From the NCBI GenBank assembly GCA_963793305.1, contig CAWBZV010000005.1:736001-800000 (forward strand): DNA of 64,000 nucleotides. The letters are read 5' to 3'. Below the pieces are notes generated by a model that worked only from the letters and a program-made list of their open reading frames with translations, was not told the origin of the DNA and ran no database searches. Both the position numbers and the translations under genes were made by a program. This DNA is from an uncultured Gemmatimonadales bacterium. Lineage in GTDB: Bacteria; Gemmatimonadota; Gemmatimonadetes; Gemmatimonadales; Gemmatimonadaceae. Of this stretch, positions 10,261 through 19,900 are shown piece by piece (within the stretch, counting starts at the first letter, position 1; each line of letters begins with the position of its first letter).

Positions 10261-11391
10261 GTGACTGGTGCAGAATTCGCGTCAAGATACACTGTCCTGA
10301 AGCCCCTCGACCAGCGGGCGGTGCGGTCCTTCGTCGCGCAAGAGCAGTCTACGCGTCGGGCCGTCATGGTCCATTGGCTCGATCAGCTGAGCGCATCGGA
10401 CCGTGCGGCGATGCTCGCGCGCCTCGATCGTCTTCCGGCCGATGCGCGCGAGCGCGTGCTGGCCGTCGAGAACGTCGATGGCGCGCCGGTGGTCGTCACG
10501 CGCATGATTCTCGACTTCGATTCGTTCGGGAAATGGCTGGATCGCGTGGCTCCCCCCCCGTCGGGGGGATTCACGGATATCTTCGTCTCGTCCGGCACCC
10601 CCAGGGGGGCGCCCGTGGCCGAGATTGACTCGCCGACAATGTCATGGACCCCACCTTCGGTCCCAAAGACACCCCCTCCGCCAGAGCCCAAGTCGGAGCC
10701 TAAGCCACACGCCGCCCCGGCTATCTCCGTCAGATTTCGTGAGCCAGGTAGTGGCCCAAAGCCACCAGCGGCGCCTCCGCCGAAGCCTCCCACGGCGCCT
10801 CCACCGAAGCCTCCCGCGGCTCCTCCTCCACCTCCGTCCAAGGCGGCCCCTGGGGAGTTCACCAGGATTTTCGGCGCTACCCGCTCTGAACCAGACCCTG
10901 CGCCACCGGCACCCCAGTTCATGCCGCCTCCGCCGCCAATGCCATCGGGCGGCAGTAGCGGAGCCGCGCCGAGCGCCACGTCGGCCATGGAGCGCGTCGT
11001 AGCCCCGCCACCGCGGCCGGCGGCGCCCCCTCCGCCGCCACTATCGCCGTCGAGCCCTTGGTCGGGTCCGCCGCCGGTTGTCCCACTTCCGCCGTCCCAG
11101 TCAGGCTCGGCGACCCCTATGCCGGGGGCGAACATCAACCTGCCCCCGTCGGCACCGGTCATGCCCGCTCAACCGGTCCAGAGCGACTTTACGCGGATCA
11201 TTGGCGCCGCTGGCCCGTCACCAGTCGCTCCTGTGACGCCGGCCGCCCCAGCTCCGGCTCCAGCTCCCGCTCCGACACCGGCACCCGTCGCTGCCGCGAG
11301 CAAAAAGATCGCGGCCGTGCTTCTGGGCTTCGGAGCCCTACTGGTCGCGGCCCTCGGACTGGTGATAATGGCCCTTTTTAAGCGCCACTAG
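10261..11391 (+). CDS. Pro-rich single-pass membrane protein with a degenerate kinase-N-lobe-like head and repeated FTxI[F/I] motifs
   Basis: GTG start is inferred. Head SRYTVLKPLDQRAVRSFVAQEQSTRRAVMVH, long Pro-rich linker, C-terminal TM (IAAVLLGFGALLVAALGLVIMALF). Fills the gap between the two tssK genes. Confidence 0.75.
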   Translation: MTGAEFASRYTVLKPLDQRAVRSFVAQEQSTRRAVMVHWLDQLSASDRAAMLARLDRLPADARERVLAVENVDGAPVVVTRMILDFDSFGKWLDRVAPPPSGGFTDIFVSSGTPRGAPVAEIDSPTMSWTPPSVPKTPPPPEPKSEPKPHAAPAISVRFREPGSGPKPPAAPPPKPPTAPPPKPPAAPPPPPSKAAPGEFTRIFGATRSEPDPAPPAPQFMPPPPPMPSGGSSGAAPSATSAMERVVAPPPRPAAPPPPPLSPSSPWSGPPPVVPLPPSQSGSATPMPGANINLPPSAPVMPAQPVQSDFTRIIGAAGPSPVAPVTPAAPAPAPAPAPTPAPVAAASKKIAAVLLGFGALLVAALGLVIMALFKRH

Positions 11392-12745
11392 ACGGCAGCA
11401 CCAGAACCAATTCGAGGTCTGGATCGGGCAGGTCCGCGGGGACGTGGACGGCGATGTTGCGCGCCTTGATCACGGCATCCCACTCGGGTCCGCCCTTCGT
11501 GATCTGGAAGTACTGCGAATTGACCTTGATGGCGACGGCGGCAGGCGGCGAGGGAGTATGCGTCAGCGGCAGCCCCGTGAGCGCCTGCCTGACGAGCAGG
11601 TCGATCCGCTCGGCCGAAGCGACTTTCACGACCTGCGGGACGCGCCTGATGATGTCGGCCTGCGACGCGCCCGCTTTGACCGCCAGGTAGAACTGGGGCG
11701 CCTGCACATATTGTTCGCGATCCAACGCGGCAGCATACACTGATGCCCGTACCCGCTTCATGGGCAAGGATACATAGCGCGCCGGCACCACAGTCTCGAG
11801 CAACTCGCGCAGCATCACGTCGAGCTTGCCAAAGCACGTCGTGAGATCATCGTGCGCGTAGGTCGGCAGGTCGCGTGGATGAATCGTTCCCGAGAACGTC
11901 GTCAGCGCACCGGCCAGCGCGAGCATGGCGGAATAGAGCTCGCCCGGGTGACCGCGTCGGACCTCTTGGATATGGCGCAGCGAGGGATAGTGGGTATTGA
12001 TCGTGTACAGCAGCCAAAAATTCGCGACATCCGAGATGCTGAACTCGGCCAGGGTTTGATTCTTTTGTCTCCGAGAGCCCGAGAGCGTTGTGCTTTTCGC
12101 CCCTAGAATCTCGACCAGCCGCGCGACGATCAACGAAAGCGATTCACTGGCTCCCACGTCCAGCAGCGGAGGGATGAACGAGGGATCGACCGTTACCTCA
12201 CCGCTGGCCGACTTGCGGAGCCGGGCGACCGGCATGGCGATGCTGCCATCGGTGGACTCCCCCTCCAACAAGAAACGCAGATTCTTCCGCGCCACCTGAA
12301 TCGGCTTCTCGGCCAGCCCGGTGTTTTCATCCCGCCGCATAACAACGTCCGGCCGAAACCGGGTGAAAGCGTCGGACGAGGAGGCGGACGCGACCGAGAC
12401 ATTGTGTCCGCCCGGTTGGTATTCCGGAACGGCCAGCGAGACGATGAGGCTGTCTTTATCCTGCTCCCACATGCCCTCGAGTGGCTTGGGCGGCGGCGGT
12501 GCGTCGACCGCGGGCACGTCGAACGGCAGGCCGTCCGGGAACGAGCCGGCGGCTTCGGTGATGGCGAACACGCCGGAGGCCAACGCTTCGCGGTCGATCG
12601 CGAGCCGCTGGAACCCCCAGGGGCTGAACGTCAACATGTTCAGCCGGAAATCGATCAGGTCTTCGTAATAGCGATCCTGGATCTGCAAGTGCTGCGGACT
12701 GAGGACCAATCCTTTTGTCCAGAGCACCGGCTGCATCTGTCTCAT
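11378..12745 (-). CDS. tssK: T6SS baseplate TssK, copy 2
   Basis: PVLWTKGLVLSPQHLQIQDRY, PWGF, SFIPPLL, NFWLLYTIN, HPGELY motifs. Confidence 0.93.
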   Translation of the reverse strand: MRQMQPVLWTKGLVLSPQHLQIQDRYYEDLIDFRLNMLTFSPWGFQRLAIDREALASGVFAITEAAGSFPDGLPFDVPAVDAPPPPKPLEGMWEQDKDSLIVSLAVPEYQPGGHNVSVASASSSDAFTRFRPDVVMRRDENTGLAEKPIQVARKNLRFLLEGESTDGSIAMPVARLRKSASGEVTVDPSFIPPLLDVGASESLSLIVARLVEILGAKSTTLSGSRRQKNQTLAEFSISDVANFWLLYTINTHYPSLRHIQEVRRGHPGELYSAMLALAGALTTFSGTIHPRDLPTYAHDDLTTCFGKLDVMLRELLETVVPARYVSLPMKRVRASVYAAALDREQYVQAPQFYLAVKAGASQADIIRRVPQVVKVASAERIDLLVRQALTGLPLTHTPSPPAAVAIKVNSQYFQITKGGPEWDAVIKARNIAVHVPADLPDPDLELVLVLPSSGA

Positions 12746-12792
12746 AGTGAGCCCGATCAGCAATATTAGGCGGCCATGCGTCGCCATAGTCT

Positions 12793-14271
12793 ATGACCAG
12801 CCTTCGAGCCCTGCCACGCCTGGAGCGGCCCGACGATACGCGCGCCGTCCGGGACGCGCTGCTCGATGCTGGCTACACGGTCCCTAACGTGTGCGCCCGC
12901 GTGGGTCGCGAGAGCATCTACGACGCCTGGGGGCGTGCCATCCCGGACGACGCGCCACTGGATGATGCGCTCGACGCGCTGATTTGGCTCTTTCTCGACT
13001 CTCGCCGGGTACCGATCGCGGCCGCGAAATCACTGCTCGGCCCGTCTCTGTGGGAGTCTCTCGCGCGGCTCGATCTCGTCCGCCCGGTCGACGCCGCGTT
13101 GTGCGGGGCGACCGCCCTGATGGTCCCGACGGAGTCGCTGTTGGTCGCGTCCGACCTCCCGGGCTTCGACCATGACCCGCTGCCGAACGACGCCGTCTAT
13201 CCGGCGATCACGAAGAACACGCGCGCGTTCCTCGCCTCGCTGCCGCGCACGCCATGCGACCGGTTTCTCGAGATATGCGCCGGCAGCGGCATTGCGGCCT
13301 TGTTAGCCGCGCCCAATGCCACGCATGCCTGGGCGGCCGATTTGACCGAACGGTCGACTCATTTCGCGCGCTTCAACGCCCAACTGAACGGCTTCGACAA
13401 TTTCACCGCCGTGGCGGGCGACCTGTACGAGCCAGTCGCCGGGTCGACCTTCGATCGCATAGCGGCCCATCCCCCGTATGTGCCCACCGCCGACACGGCG
13501 GTGATCTACCGTGATGGGGGCGAAGACGGCGAGTCGATCAGCCGTCGAGTGATCAAAGAGCTGCCGCCCTATCTCGCGCCCGGTGGCGTGTGCTACTGCA
13601 CCTGTGTCGCCACCGACCGCGTCGGCGCACCCCTCGAGGCGCGGGTCCGTGAGTGGCTCGGCCCCGCTGGGGACGAGCTGGATGTCGTCATGGTCGTCCT
13701 CCGCTCCTCGGCGCCCGAGGAGCGCATCTCAGAGCTCGTCTCCGAGGGTATGCTCGATCCAGCCGAGGCCGAACGGCGGGTGGCGCCACTTACGGCTATG
13801 GGCATCGAGCGCCAGGTCTACGTCTCGATGGCCTTCCGGCGGCACGAGGGAGGCCGCCGCGCCATCACGTCCCGCCGTGTGCTCGGCAAGCGCGTCAGTC
13901 CTGGCATGCTCGGTCGCCTCGTTCGGTGGGAATCCGAGCTCGCGGACCCGAGCCAGCTGCCGGCCCTGATGACGATGCGACTCAAAGTCACGCCCGATAC
14001 CACGCGCCAGACCGTCGAGCGGCTGTCGGGTGGCGCCTGGGAGCCCGCGGCGCGACACCTGACCCGAGAACGGCCGTTCTTGGTGCGCGCTGAGTATGAT
14101 CCGGCGGTCGGTGCGTTATTGTCCCGGGTGGACACTGCTGGGCAATGCACGGTGCGCGAGCACTGGGAGTCAATGCGTCAGGCCGGGGTGATTCCGGCGA
14201 ATGTCGACGAATGGACATTCGCCGCTGTCGTGCGGTCCCTCGCGGCTCCGGGGATTGTCGATAACACTTGA
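12793..14271 (+). CDS. Class I SAM-dependent methyltransferase (HemK/MTS-like core with N- and C-terminal extensions)
   Basis: Motif I LEICAGSGIAAL, GDLYEPV, and NPPY-like DRIAAHPPYV followed by RDGGEDG. Confidence 0.85.
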   Translation: MTSLRALPRLERPDDTRAVRDALLDAGYTVPNVCARVGRESIYDAWGRAIPDDAPLDDALDALIWLFLDSRRVPIAAAKSLLGPSLWESLARLDLVRPVDAALCGATALMVPTESLLVASDLPGFDHDPLPNDAVYPAITKNTRAFLASLPRTPCDRFLEICAGSGIAALLAAPNATHAWAADLTERSTHFARFNAQLNGFDNFTAVAGDLYEPVAGSTFDRIAAHPPYVPTADTAVIYRDGGEDGESISRRVIKELPPYLAPGGVCYCTCVATDRVGAPLEARVREWLGPAGDELDVVMVVLRSSAPEERISELVSEGMLDPAEAERRVAPLTAMGIERQVYVSMAFRRHEGGRRAITSRRVLGKRVSPGMLGRLVRWESELADPSQLPALMTMRLKVTPDTTRQTVERLSGGAWEPAARHLTRERPFLVRAEYDPAVGALLSRVDTAGQCTVREHWESMRQAGVIPANVDEWTFAAVVRSLAAPGIVDNT

Positions 14272-14283
14272 CGGGCCATTTGC

Positions 14284-14312
14284 TTGACACCCGAATACAC
14301 AACGCGTACCCT
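14284..14312 (+). promoter_or_regulatory. Putative sigma70 promoter of the tssB-PAAR operon
   Basis: TTGACA (14284-14289), 17-nt spacer, TACCCT (14307-14312); GGAG RBS at 14327-14330 before the tssB GTG. Confidence 0.6.
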
Positions 14313-14336
14313 GGGACCACTTTAACGGAGTGCATC

Positions 14337-14858
14337 GTGGCGAAGGAAAGCACGCAAAAGAAGCTCGAGCGGGTTCGGCCCCCGCGCGTCAACATCACCT
14401 ACGATGTGGAGCTCGGTGGCGCCATCGAGATGAAGGAGCTCCCCTTCGTTATGGGAGTGCTAGGCGACTTCAGCGGCCAGCCCAGCGAGCCGTTGGCCCG
14501 TTTGCAGGATCGCAAGTTTGTCGACGTGACGCTCGACAACTTCAATGACGTGCTGGCGAGCATGAAGCCGCATTTGGCGTACGCGGTCGACAACAAGCTG
14601 ACCGGCGAAGCGAATGCTGGTAAACTCGGCATCGATTTGACATTTAAGAGTCTGGACGACTTCTCGCCGGAAGCAGTCGCCCGTCAGGTCGGGCCGCTCC
14701 GCGAGTTGCTCGAGCTTCGCCAGAAGCTGGCCGATCTCCGCGGGTCACTGCAGGGTAACGTCAAGCTCGACGAGATCTTGCAAGCAACACTTAGTGATGA
14801 CGAGAAGATGAAGCAGCTTAAAGCCGAGCTCGGTACTGGAGGTGGCGATGGCCAGTAA
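14337..14858 (+). CDS. tssB: T6SS sheath small subunit TssB (VipA)
   Basis: RVRPPRVNITYDVE, ELPFVMGVLGDFSG, DDFSPEAVARQV. Confidence 0.96.
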   Translation: MAKESTQKKLERVRPPRVNITYDVELGGAIEMKELPFVMGVLGDFSGQPSEPLARLQDRKFVDVTLDNFNDVLASMKPHLAYAVDNKLTGEANAGKLGIDLTFKSLDDFSPEAVARQVGPLRELLELRQKLADLRGSLQGNVKLDEILQATLSDDEKMKQLKAELGTGGGDGQ

Positions 14859-16344
14859 GGCGGAAGCGGCGGCTCAGGCGCAGGAGACGACCGCGGCGGC
14901 ACCGGCTGCCGAAGTCAGTCTGCTCGACCAGATCGTCGACAAGGGCAAGATGGGTCGCGACGTGGAGTCCAAGGCGCGCGGCAAAGACATCATCAAGGAA
15001 TTCGTGAGCCAGGTGCTCCAGGGGTCGATGACGATAGCCCCGGACACTGAAGTGATGCTCAATGCGCGCATCGCGCAGATCGACCGCTTGCTGTCGGCGC
15101 AGCTGAACGAAGTGATGCACGCCCCGGAGTTCCAAAAACTGGAAGCCTCGTGGCGCGGCCTGCACTACATGCTGCAGAACACCGAGACGAGCGAGCAGCT
15201 CAAGATCAAAGTCTTCAACGTGTCCAAGAAGGACCTGTTGAAAGACTTCCAGCGCGCGACCGATTTCGATCAGAGCGCGTTGTTCAAGAAGGTCTACGAA
15301 GAAGAATTTGGTATTTTTGGCGGATCACCATTTGGTGCGTTGGTTGGTGATTATGAGTTTGGGCGCACCGGCCCGGATATCGAGTTGCTGGAGCGTCTCT
15401 CGAACGTCGCGGCCGCGTCCCACGCGCCATTTCTGACGGCCGCCAGCCCTGAGATGCTCAACCTGGACGACTTCACGAAGCTCGATCAGCCGCGTGATAT
15501 CGCCAAGATCTTCGACTCGGGCGAGTACGCCCGGTGGAAGACGTTCCGCGCCAGTGAAGATTCGCGCTATGTCGCGCTGACGCTCCCGCGCATGCTTCTG
15601 CGGGAGCCGTACGGCAGCAAGACCGTGCCCGTCGAGGCGTTCGGGTACGAGGAACAGGTGGACGGCACGGATCACTCGAAGTATCTGTGGGGCAATGCCG
15701 CCTGGGCGCTGGCGACCCGCGCGACCAATGCGTTTGCGAGCTACGGATGGTGCGCCACGATTCGAGGCGTCGAAAGTGGCGGGTTGGTCGAAGGGCTGCC
15801 CGTCCATTCGTTCAAGACCGACTCCGGCGACGTGGCCATGAAGTGCCCGACGGAGATGCCGATCACCGATCGCCGTGAGAAAGAGCTGGCGGACCAGGGA
15901 TTCGTCCCACTCGTGCACTGCAAGGGCACGGCGAACGCGGCCTTCTTCAGCGTGCAATCGGCGCAGAAACCGAAGGTGTACAACACGGATGCCGCGACGG
16001 CGAACGCCCGTATATCGGCACAGCTACCGTACATCTTCGCCGTGTCACGGTTCGCGCACTATCTCAAATCGATGATGCGGGACAAGATTGGTGGGTACAT
16101 GAGCCGAGGTGAGGTGCAGTCTTACCTTACTAACTGGATAGCGAACTACGTCGTGGCCAATGACGACGCACCAATGTCGGTCAAGGCCAAAAGGCCGCTG
16201 AAGGAGGCCAGTATCGAAGTGCAGGAAGTGCCGGGCAAGCCAGGGGTGTACAGAGCAGTCACATTCCTCCGCCCACACTTCCAGCTCGACGAACTGAGCG
16301 TCTCGATGCGCCTGGTCGCGGAACTACCCGCGGCGGCGAAGTAG
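14848..16344 (+). CDS. tssC: T6SS sheath large subunit TssC (VipB)
   Basis: FQKLEASWRGL, YLWGNAAW, SRFAHYLK, FLRPHFQL. Confidence 0.97.
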   Translation: MASKAEAAAQAQETTAAAPAAEVSLLDQIVDKGKMGRDVESKARGKDIIKEFVSQVLQGSMTIAPDTEVMLNARIAQIDRLLSAQLNEVMHAPEFQKLEASWRGLHYMLQNTETSEQLKIKVFNVSKKDLLKDFQRATDFDQSALFKKVYEEEFGIFGGSPFGALVGDYEFGRTGPDIELLERLSNVAAASHAPFLTAASPEMLNLDDFTKLDQPRDIAKIFDSGEYARWKTFRASEDSRYVALTLPRMLLREPYGSKTVPVEAFGYEEQVDGTDHSKYLWGNAAWALATRATNAFASYGWCATIRGVESGGLVEGLPVHSFKTDSGDVAMKCPTEMPITDRREKELADQGFVPLVHCKGTANAAFFSVQSAQKPKVYNTDAATANARISAQLPYIFAVSRFAHYLKSMMRDKIGGYMSRGEVQSYLTNWIANYVVANDDAPMSVKAKRPLKEASIEVQEVPGKPGVYRAVTFLRPHFQLDELSVSMRLVAELPAAAK

Positions 16345-16402
16345 CTCCACGGGGCTCACGGTAGCTTATCAAATCACGTAGCACAGACGCGGGGATGCGA
16401 TC

Positions 16403-16894
16403 ATGGCAATGGACATGTACCTCCAGTTGGACAGCGTGACGGGCGAAGCGACACGCGCGAATTTTACGGGCTGGATCGAGCTGGATTCGTTCAGCTTCGG
16501 TGCCTCGAACCCGGTCAGCATCGGCACCGGCACAACCGGCGCTGGCGCTGGCAAGGCGTCACTCAGCTCGTTCAACGTGATGAAGCGGACGGACTCGTCG
16601 AGCCCGGTCCTCTTCCAGAAGTGTTGCAATGGGCAGCACTTCGCGAAGGCCTCGGTGGCGCTGAACAAGGCCGGTGGCAACACGGCCGTCAAGTTCCTGG
16701 TGTATGACTTCACGGAGCTGTACACCGAGAGCATTCAGTGGTCCGGTGGCGCGGGTGGCGATGACACGCCGGCGGAAGCGATCTCGTTCGCGTTCGCGTC
16801 GATCAACGTGACCTACACGCCGCAGAAGACGGACGGCACGGCTGGTTCCGCGGTCGTCGCGGGCTGGGATGTCAAGGCCAACGCCAAGATCTAA
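16403..16894 (+). CDS. hcp: T6SS tube protein Hcp (TssD)
   Basis: DMYLQLDSVTGE, WIELDSFSFG, DSSSPVL, C-terminal GWDVKAN. Confidence 0.93.
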   Translation: MAMDMYLQLDSVTGEATRANFTGWIELDSFSFGASNPVSIGTGTTGAGAGKASLSSFNVMKRTDSSSPVLFQKCCNGQHFAKASVALNKAGGNTAVKFLVYDFTELYTESIQWSGGAGGDDTPAEAISFAFASINVTYTPQKTDGTAGSAVVAGWDVKANAKI

Positions 16895-16896
16895 GC

Positions 16897-17598
16897 ATGA
16901 AAGCGAGTGAGCTGCTGGCAGCGTCGCGGCTCACCGACGCGATAGAGTCGCTGGGCGTCGAACTTCGGAGCGATCCGACCGACGCCCAGCGGCGCAGTTT
17001 GTTGTTCGAGCTGCTGGCCTTTGCGGGCCAGTTCGACCGTGCCGAGAAGCAGTTAGACGTCCTGTCACAGCGCGGGCCGGAAGCAGGGATGGGCGCACTG
17101 CTCTATCGCGCCGCAACCCACGCCGAGCGGACGCGCGCCGACATGTTCCGTACCGGCTCCACTCCGGCGCACGGGTCCTCGGCATCCATTACCGGGACGC
17201 TCAACGGGAAGCCTTTTTCGTCGATCCGCGACGCCGATCCTCGCATCGGTGACCGACTCGAGGTGTTCGCCGCTGGTCAATACATGTGGCTTCCATTCGA
17301 GCACATTGCATCGATTCGGATAGCCCCGCCGAAGCGCCTCAGAGACACGTTGTGGACGCCGGCCATCCTGCGCACGGGCCCCAAGTTCAAGGGTGTTGAA
17401 TTGGGCGAGGTGCTCTTGCCCGTGCTGACGCCACTCGCGTTCGAGAGCGATGATGATACCGTGCGTCTGGGCCGCATGACCGAATGGATCGCGACCGATG
17501 ATGGTCTCGAAGTCCCCGTGGGGCAAAAGCTCCTGATGGTTGATGACGAGGAAATCCCGATCCTCGAAGTCCGCGAGCTGACGGTCACGTCGGCGTAG
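16897..17598 (+). CDS. tagJ: T6SS accessory TagJ/ImpE (SciE-type)
   Basis: LFELLAFAGQFDRAEKQL, DADPRIG, YMWLPF, LGRMTEW, GQKLL. Confidence 0.9.
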   Translation: MKASELLAASRLTDAIESLGVELRSDPTDAQRRSLLFELLAFAGQFDRAEKQLDVLSQRGPEAGMGALLYRAATHAERTRADMFRTGSTPAHGSSASITGTLNGKPFSSIRDADPRIGDRLEVFAAGQYMWLPFEHIASIRIAPPKRLRDTLWTPAILRTGPKFKGVELGEVLLPVLTPLAFESDDDTVRLGRMTEWIATDDGLEVPVGQKLLMVDDEEIPILEVRELTVTSA

Positions 17599-17607
17599 GC
17601 GCTTCCT

Positions 17608-19380
17608 GTGGCTCTCCCCACCGCGGACCTGCTCGCCCCGATACCTGGCGACGCGCCGGCCGGCGCCGACCTTCGCTACGCGCCCACCTATACGCAGCTG
17701 ACGGAGGCGCGCCGGGAAGAGGACGACGCTCCACAGGGCGAGTGGAAGCGCGCGCGCAAAGTCGCGGAGTACGATGTCGTCGTGAAGGTGGCCACCGACG
17801 CGCTGGCCAAGAAGTCGAAAGACCTCATGATCGCGGCCTGGCTCACGGAAGCGCTCACCCGTCGCGAAGGATTCGCGGGACTCGCCTACGGCCTCGATCT
17901 CGTGCGCGGCCTCATCGACAAATACTGGGATGGCGTCTTCCCTGAGATCGATGAAGGCGATTTGGGCTTGCGGGTTCGTCCGCTGAACTGGATTGGCTCG
18001 GGCCTCGAGCCGAGCGTCAAAGCCGTCCCGCTCAATCGGGCAGGACACGACTTCATTACCTACACGCTCTCGCGCCAGCTCGGCTACGAGTCGGCCGTCA
18101 GTAGTGACAACACCAAGAAGGCCGCGCGCCAGAAGGAGATCGACGGCGGCAAAGTCCCGCCCGAGGAATTCGACAAATCGTTCGAGGGGACGCCCAAGGC
18201 GTGGTACAAGCAGCTGGTCGCCGCGATCGACAAGTCGAAAGCGTCGCTCGCGGCCCTCGACGCGCAGGGCAACGAGAAGTTCGGCGATGATGCTCCGAGC
18301 TTCAGCAAACTCCAGACAGCCCTCGAAGCCGTTCACCACCTGGCGTCTCAGCTACTCGAAAAGAAGCTCCTCGCCGAGCCGGACCCACCAGAAGTCGTCG
18401 CCGCCGAAGCCGCCGCCGCTGCCGTCGCCTCGGGCGCCCCGGCTCCAGCCGAGGGTGCGCCGCGCGTGATGTCGGCCGAGCCGACCGACATCAACGATGC
18501 GACGATGCGTGTCGTGAGCGCGGCCCGGTGGCTCCGCAAGAATAGCCCGGGGAACCCCGCCGCGTATCTGCTGCTCCGTGGCCTCCGCTGGGGCGAGGTG
18601 CGCGCCAATGGCCGCACGCCGAACCCGAAGCTCCTCGAGGCGCCCGGTGGCGAAATGCGCGTCAAGCTCAAGACGCTGATGATCGATGGCGCTTGGGATC
18701 AGCTCCTCGACGCTGCCGAGCAGGTGATGGGCACGCCCGCCGGACGCGGATGGCTCGATCTCCAGCGCTACACGCTCACCGCATGCGCTGGACTCGGCTC
18801 GACGTACGATGCGCCAGCAGGCGCCATTCGGGGCGCCTTGCGTTCGCTGTTGGCCGACATCCCGGATCTGCCGTCGATGTCGCTTATGGATGATCTCCCG
18901 GCGGCCAACGCGGACACGCGCTCCTGGCTCCAGGAGCTCGGCCCCGTGGCGACCAGCGAGAACGGCGCCGCCGCCGACGCCCCGAGCACCGCGCCAGCGG
19001 TGCCGGCGTCATACATAGACGAGAGAGTCCGAGTCGAAATCCAGGCGGGCCGTCCGGCGAAGGCGATCGATATCTTGATGCGCGAGATCGATCGCGAAAC
19101 CAGCCGCCGCGCGCGGTGGATGCGCCAGGCGCAGATCGCGCGCGTGATGGTCGATGCGGGCCTCGAGACCGTGGCCAAGCCGATCCTCGAGCAGCTCATG
19201 GCCGAGATCGAGAACCACAAACTCGAGGAGTGGGAAGCCGGCGAGCTCGTGGCGCAGCCCCTGGTGCTGCTCTGGCGCTGTCTCGACAAGCTCGCCGGCG
19301 ACGCCAACGCGAAGCAAACCCTGTATCTGCGGATCTGTAAGCTCGACGCGCGTCAGGCGATCGCGTTCGCGAAGCCGTAA
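17608..19380 (+). CDS. tssA: T6SS TssA (ImpA_N plus VasJ-like long form)
   Basis: LLAPIPGDAPAGADLRY, KSKDLMIAAWLTEA, YWDGVFP, and in the middle region LRGLRWGE and GWLDLQRY. Confidence 0.9.
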   Translation: MALPTADLLAPIPGDAPAGADLRYAPTYTQLTEARREEDDAPQGEWKRARKVAEYDVVVKVATDALAKKSKDLMIAAWLTEALTRREGFAGLAYGLDLVRGLIDKYWDGVFPEIDEGDLGLRVRPLNWIGSGLEPSVKAVPLNRAGHDFITYTLSRQLGYESAVSSDNTKKAARQKEIDGGKVPPEEFDKSFEGTPKAWYKQLVAAIDKSKASLAALDAQGNEKFGDDAPSFSKLQTALEAVHHLASQLLEKKLLAEPDPPEVVAAEAAAAAVASGAPAPAEGAPRVMSAEPTDINDATMRVVSAARWLRKNSPGNPAAYLLLRGLRWGEVRANGRTPNPKLLEAPGGEMRVKLKTLMIDGAWDQLLDAAEQVMGTPAGRGWLDLQRYTLTACAGLGSTYDAPAGAIRGALRSLLADIPDLPSMSLMDDLPAANADTRSWLQELGPVATSENGAAADAPSTAPAVPASYIDERVRVEIQAGRPAKAIDILMREIDRETSRRARWMRQAQIARVMVDAGLETVAKPILEQLMAEIENHKLEEWEAGELVAQPLVLLWRCLDKLAGDANAKQTLYLRICKLDARQAIAFAKP

Positions 19381-19384
19381 GACC

Positions 19385-19900
19385 ATGAGCCCCCTGAAAT
19401 CCGACAGCGATCGCGTGATCCGCCAGTCGCTCCTCGACCGGCTGATCGACTTGGATCGCGGATCGTCGGTGGATCCCCCGACCACGTGGGGCCAGTCCGT
19501 GCGGCAGTTGAAGACGACGCTCTGCCGCGATCTCGAATGGCTGCTGAACACGCGCAAGCCGCTGGTGGAAGTGCCGCCAGGGTGCGAGAACCTCGAGGCA
19601 TCGCTGCTCCTCTATGGCATTACCGATGTCTCCTCGATGGGTCGCGAGAACCTGGAGCAGCAGGCCAAGCTCGTGAGGGACGTCGAACGCGCGGTGAGCA
19701 CGTTCGAGCCCAGGCTCGCCAACGTCAAAGTGTCGATTGCCGCGGCCGAGAAGGGCGCGGAAGGCGGCCCGATCCGCGAGCTGCGATTTGTCGTCGAGGG
19801 AATGCTGCGCATCGATCCGGAGCCCGAGCACGTCGTGTTCGACACCGTGCTCGAAGTGTCGACCGGCGACTATCACGTCCGGAGTGACGGCGGTGCGTGA
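19385..19900 (+). CDS. tssE: T6SS baseplate TssE (gp25-like)
   Basis: SLLDRLID, RDLEWLLNTR, FEPRL, VVFDTVL. Confidence 0.93.
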   Translation: MSPLKSDSDRVIRQSLLDRLIDLDRGSSVDPPTTWGQSVRQLKTTLCRDLEWLLNTRKPLVEVPPGCENLEASLLLYGITDVSSMGRENLEQQAKLVRDVERAVSTFEPRLANVKVSIAAAEKGAEGGPIRELRFVVEGMLRIDPEPEHVVFDTVLEVSTGDYHVRSDGGA

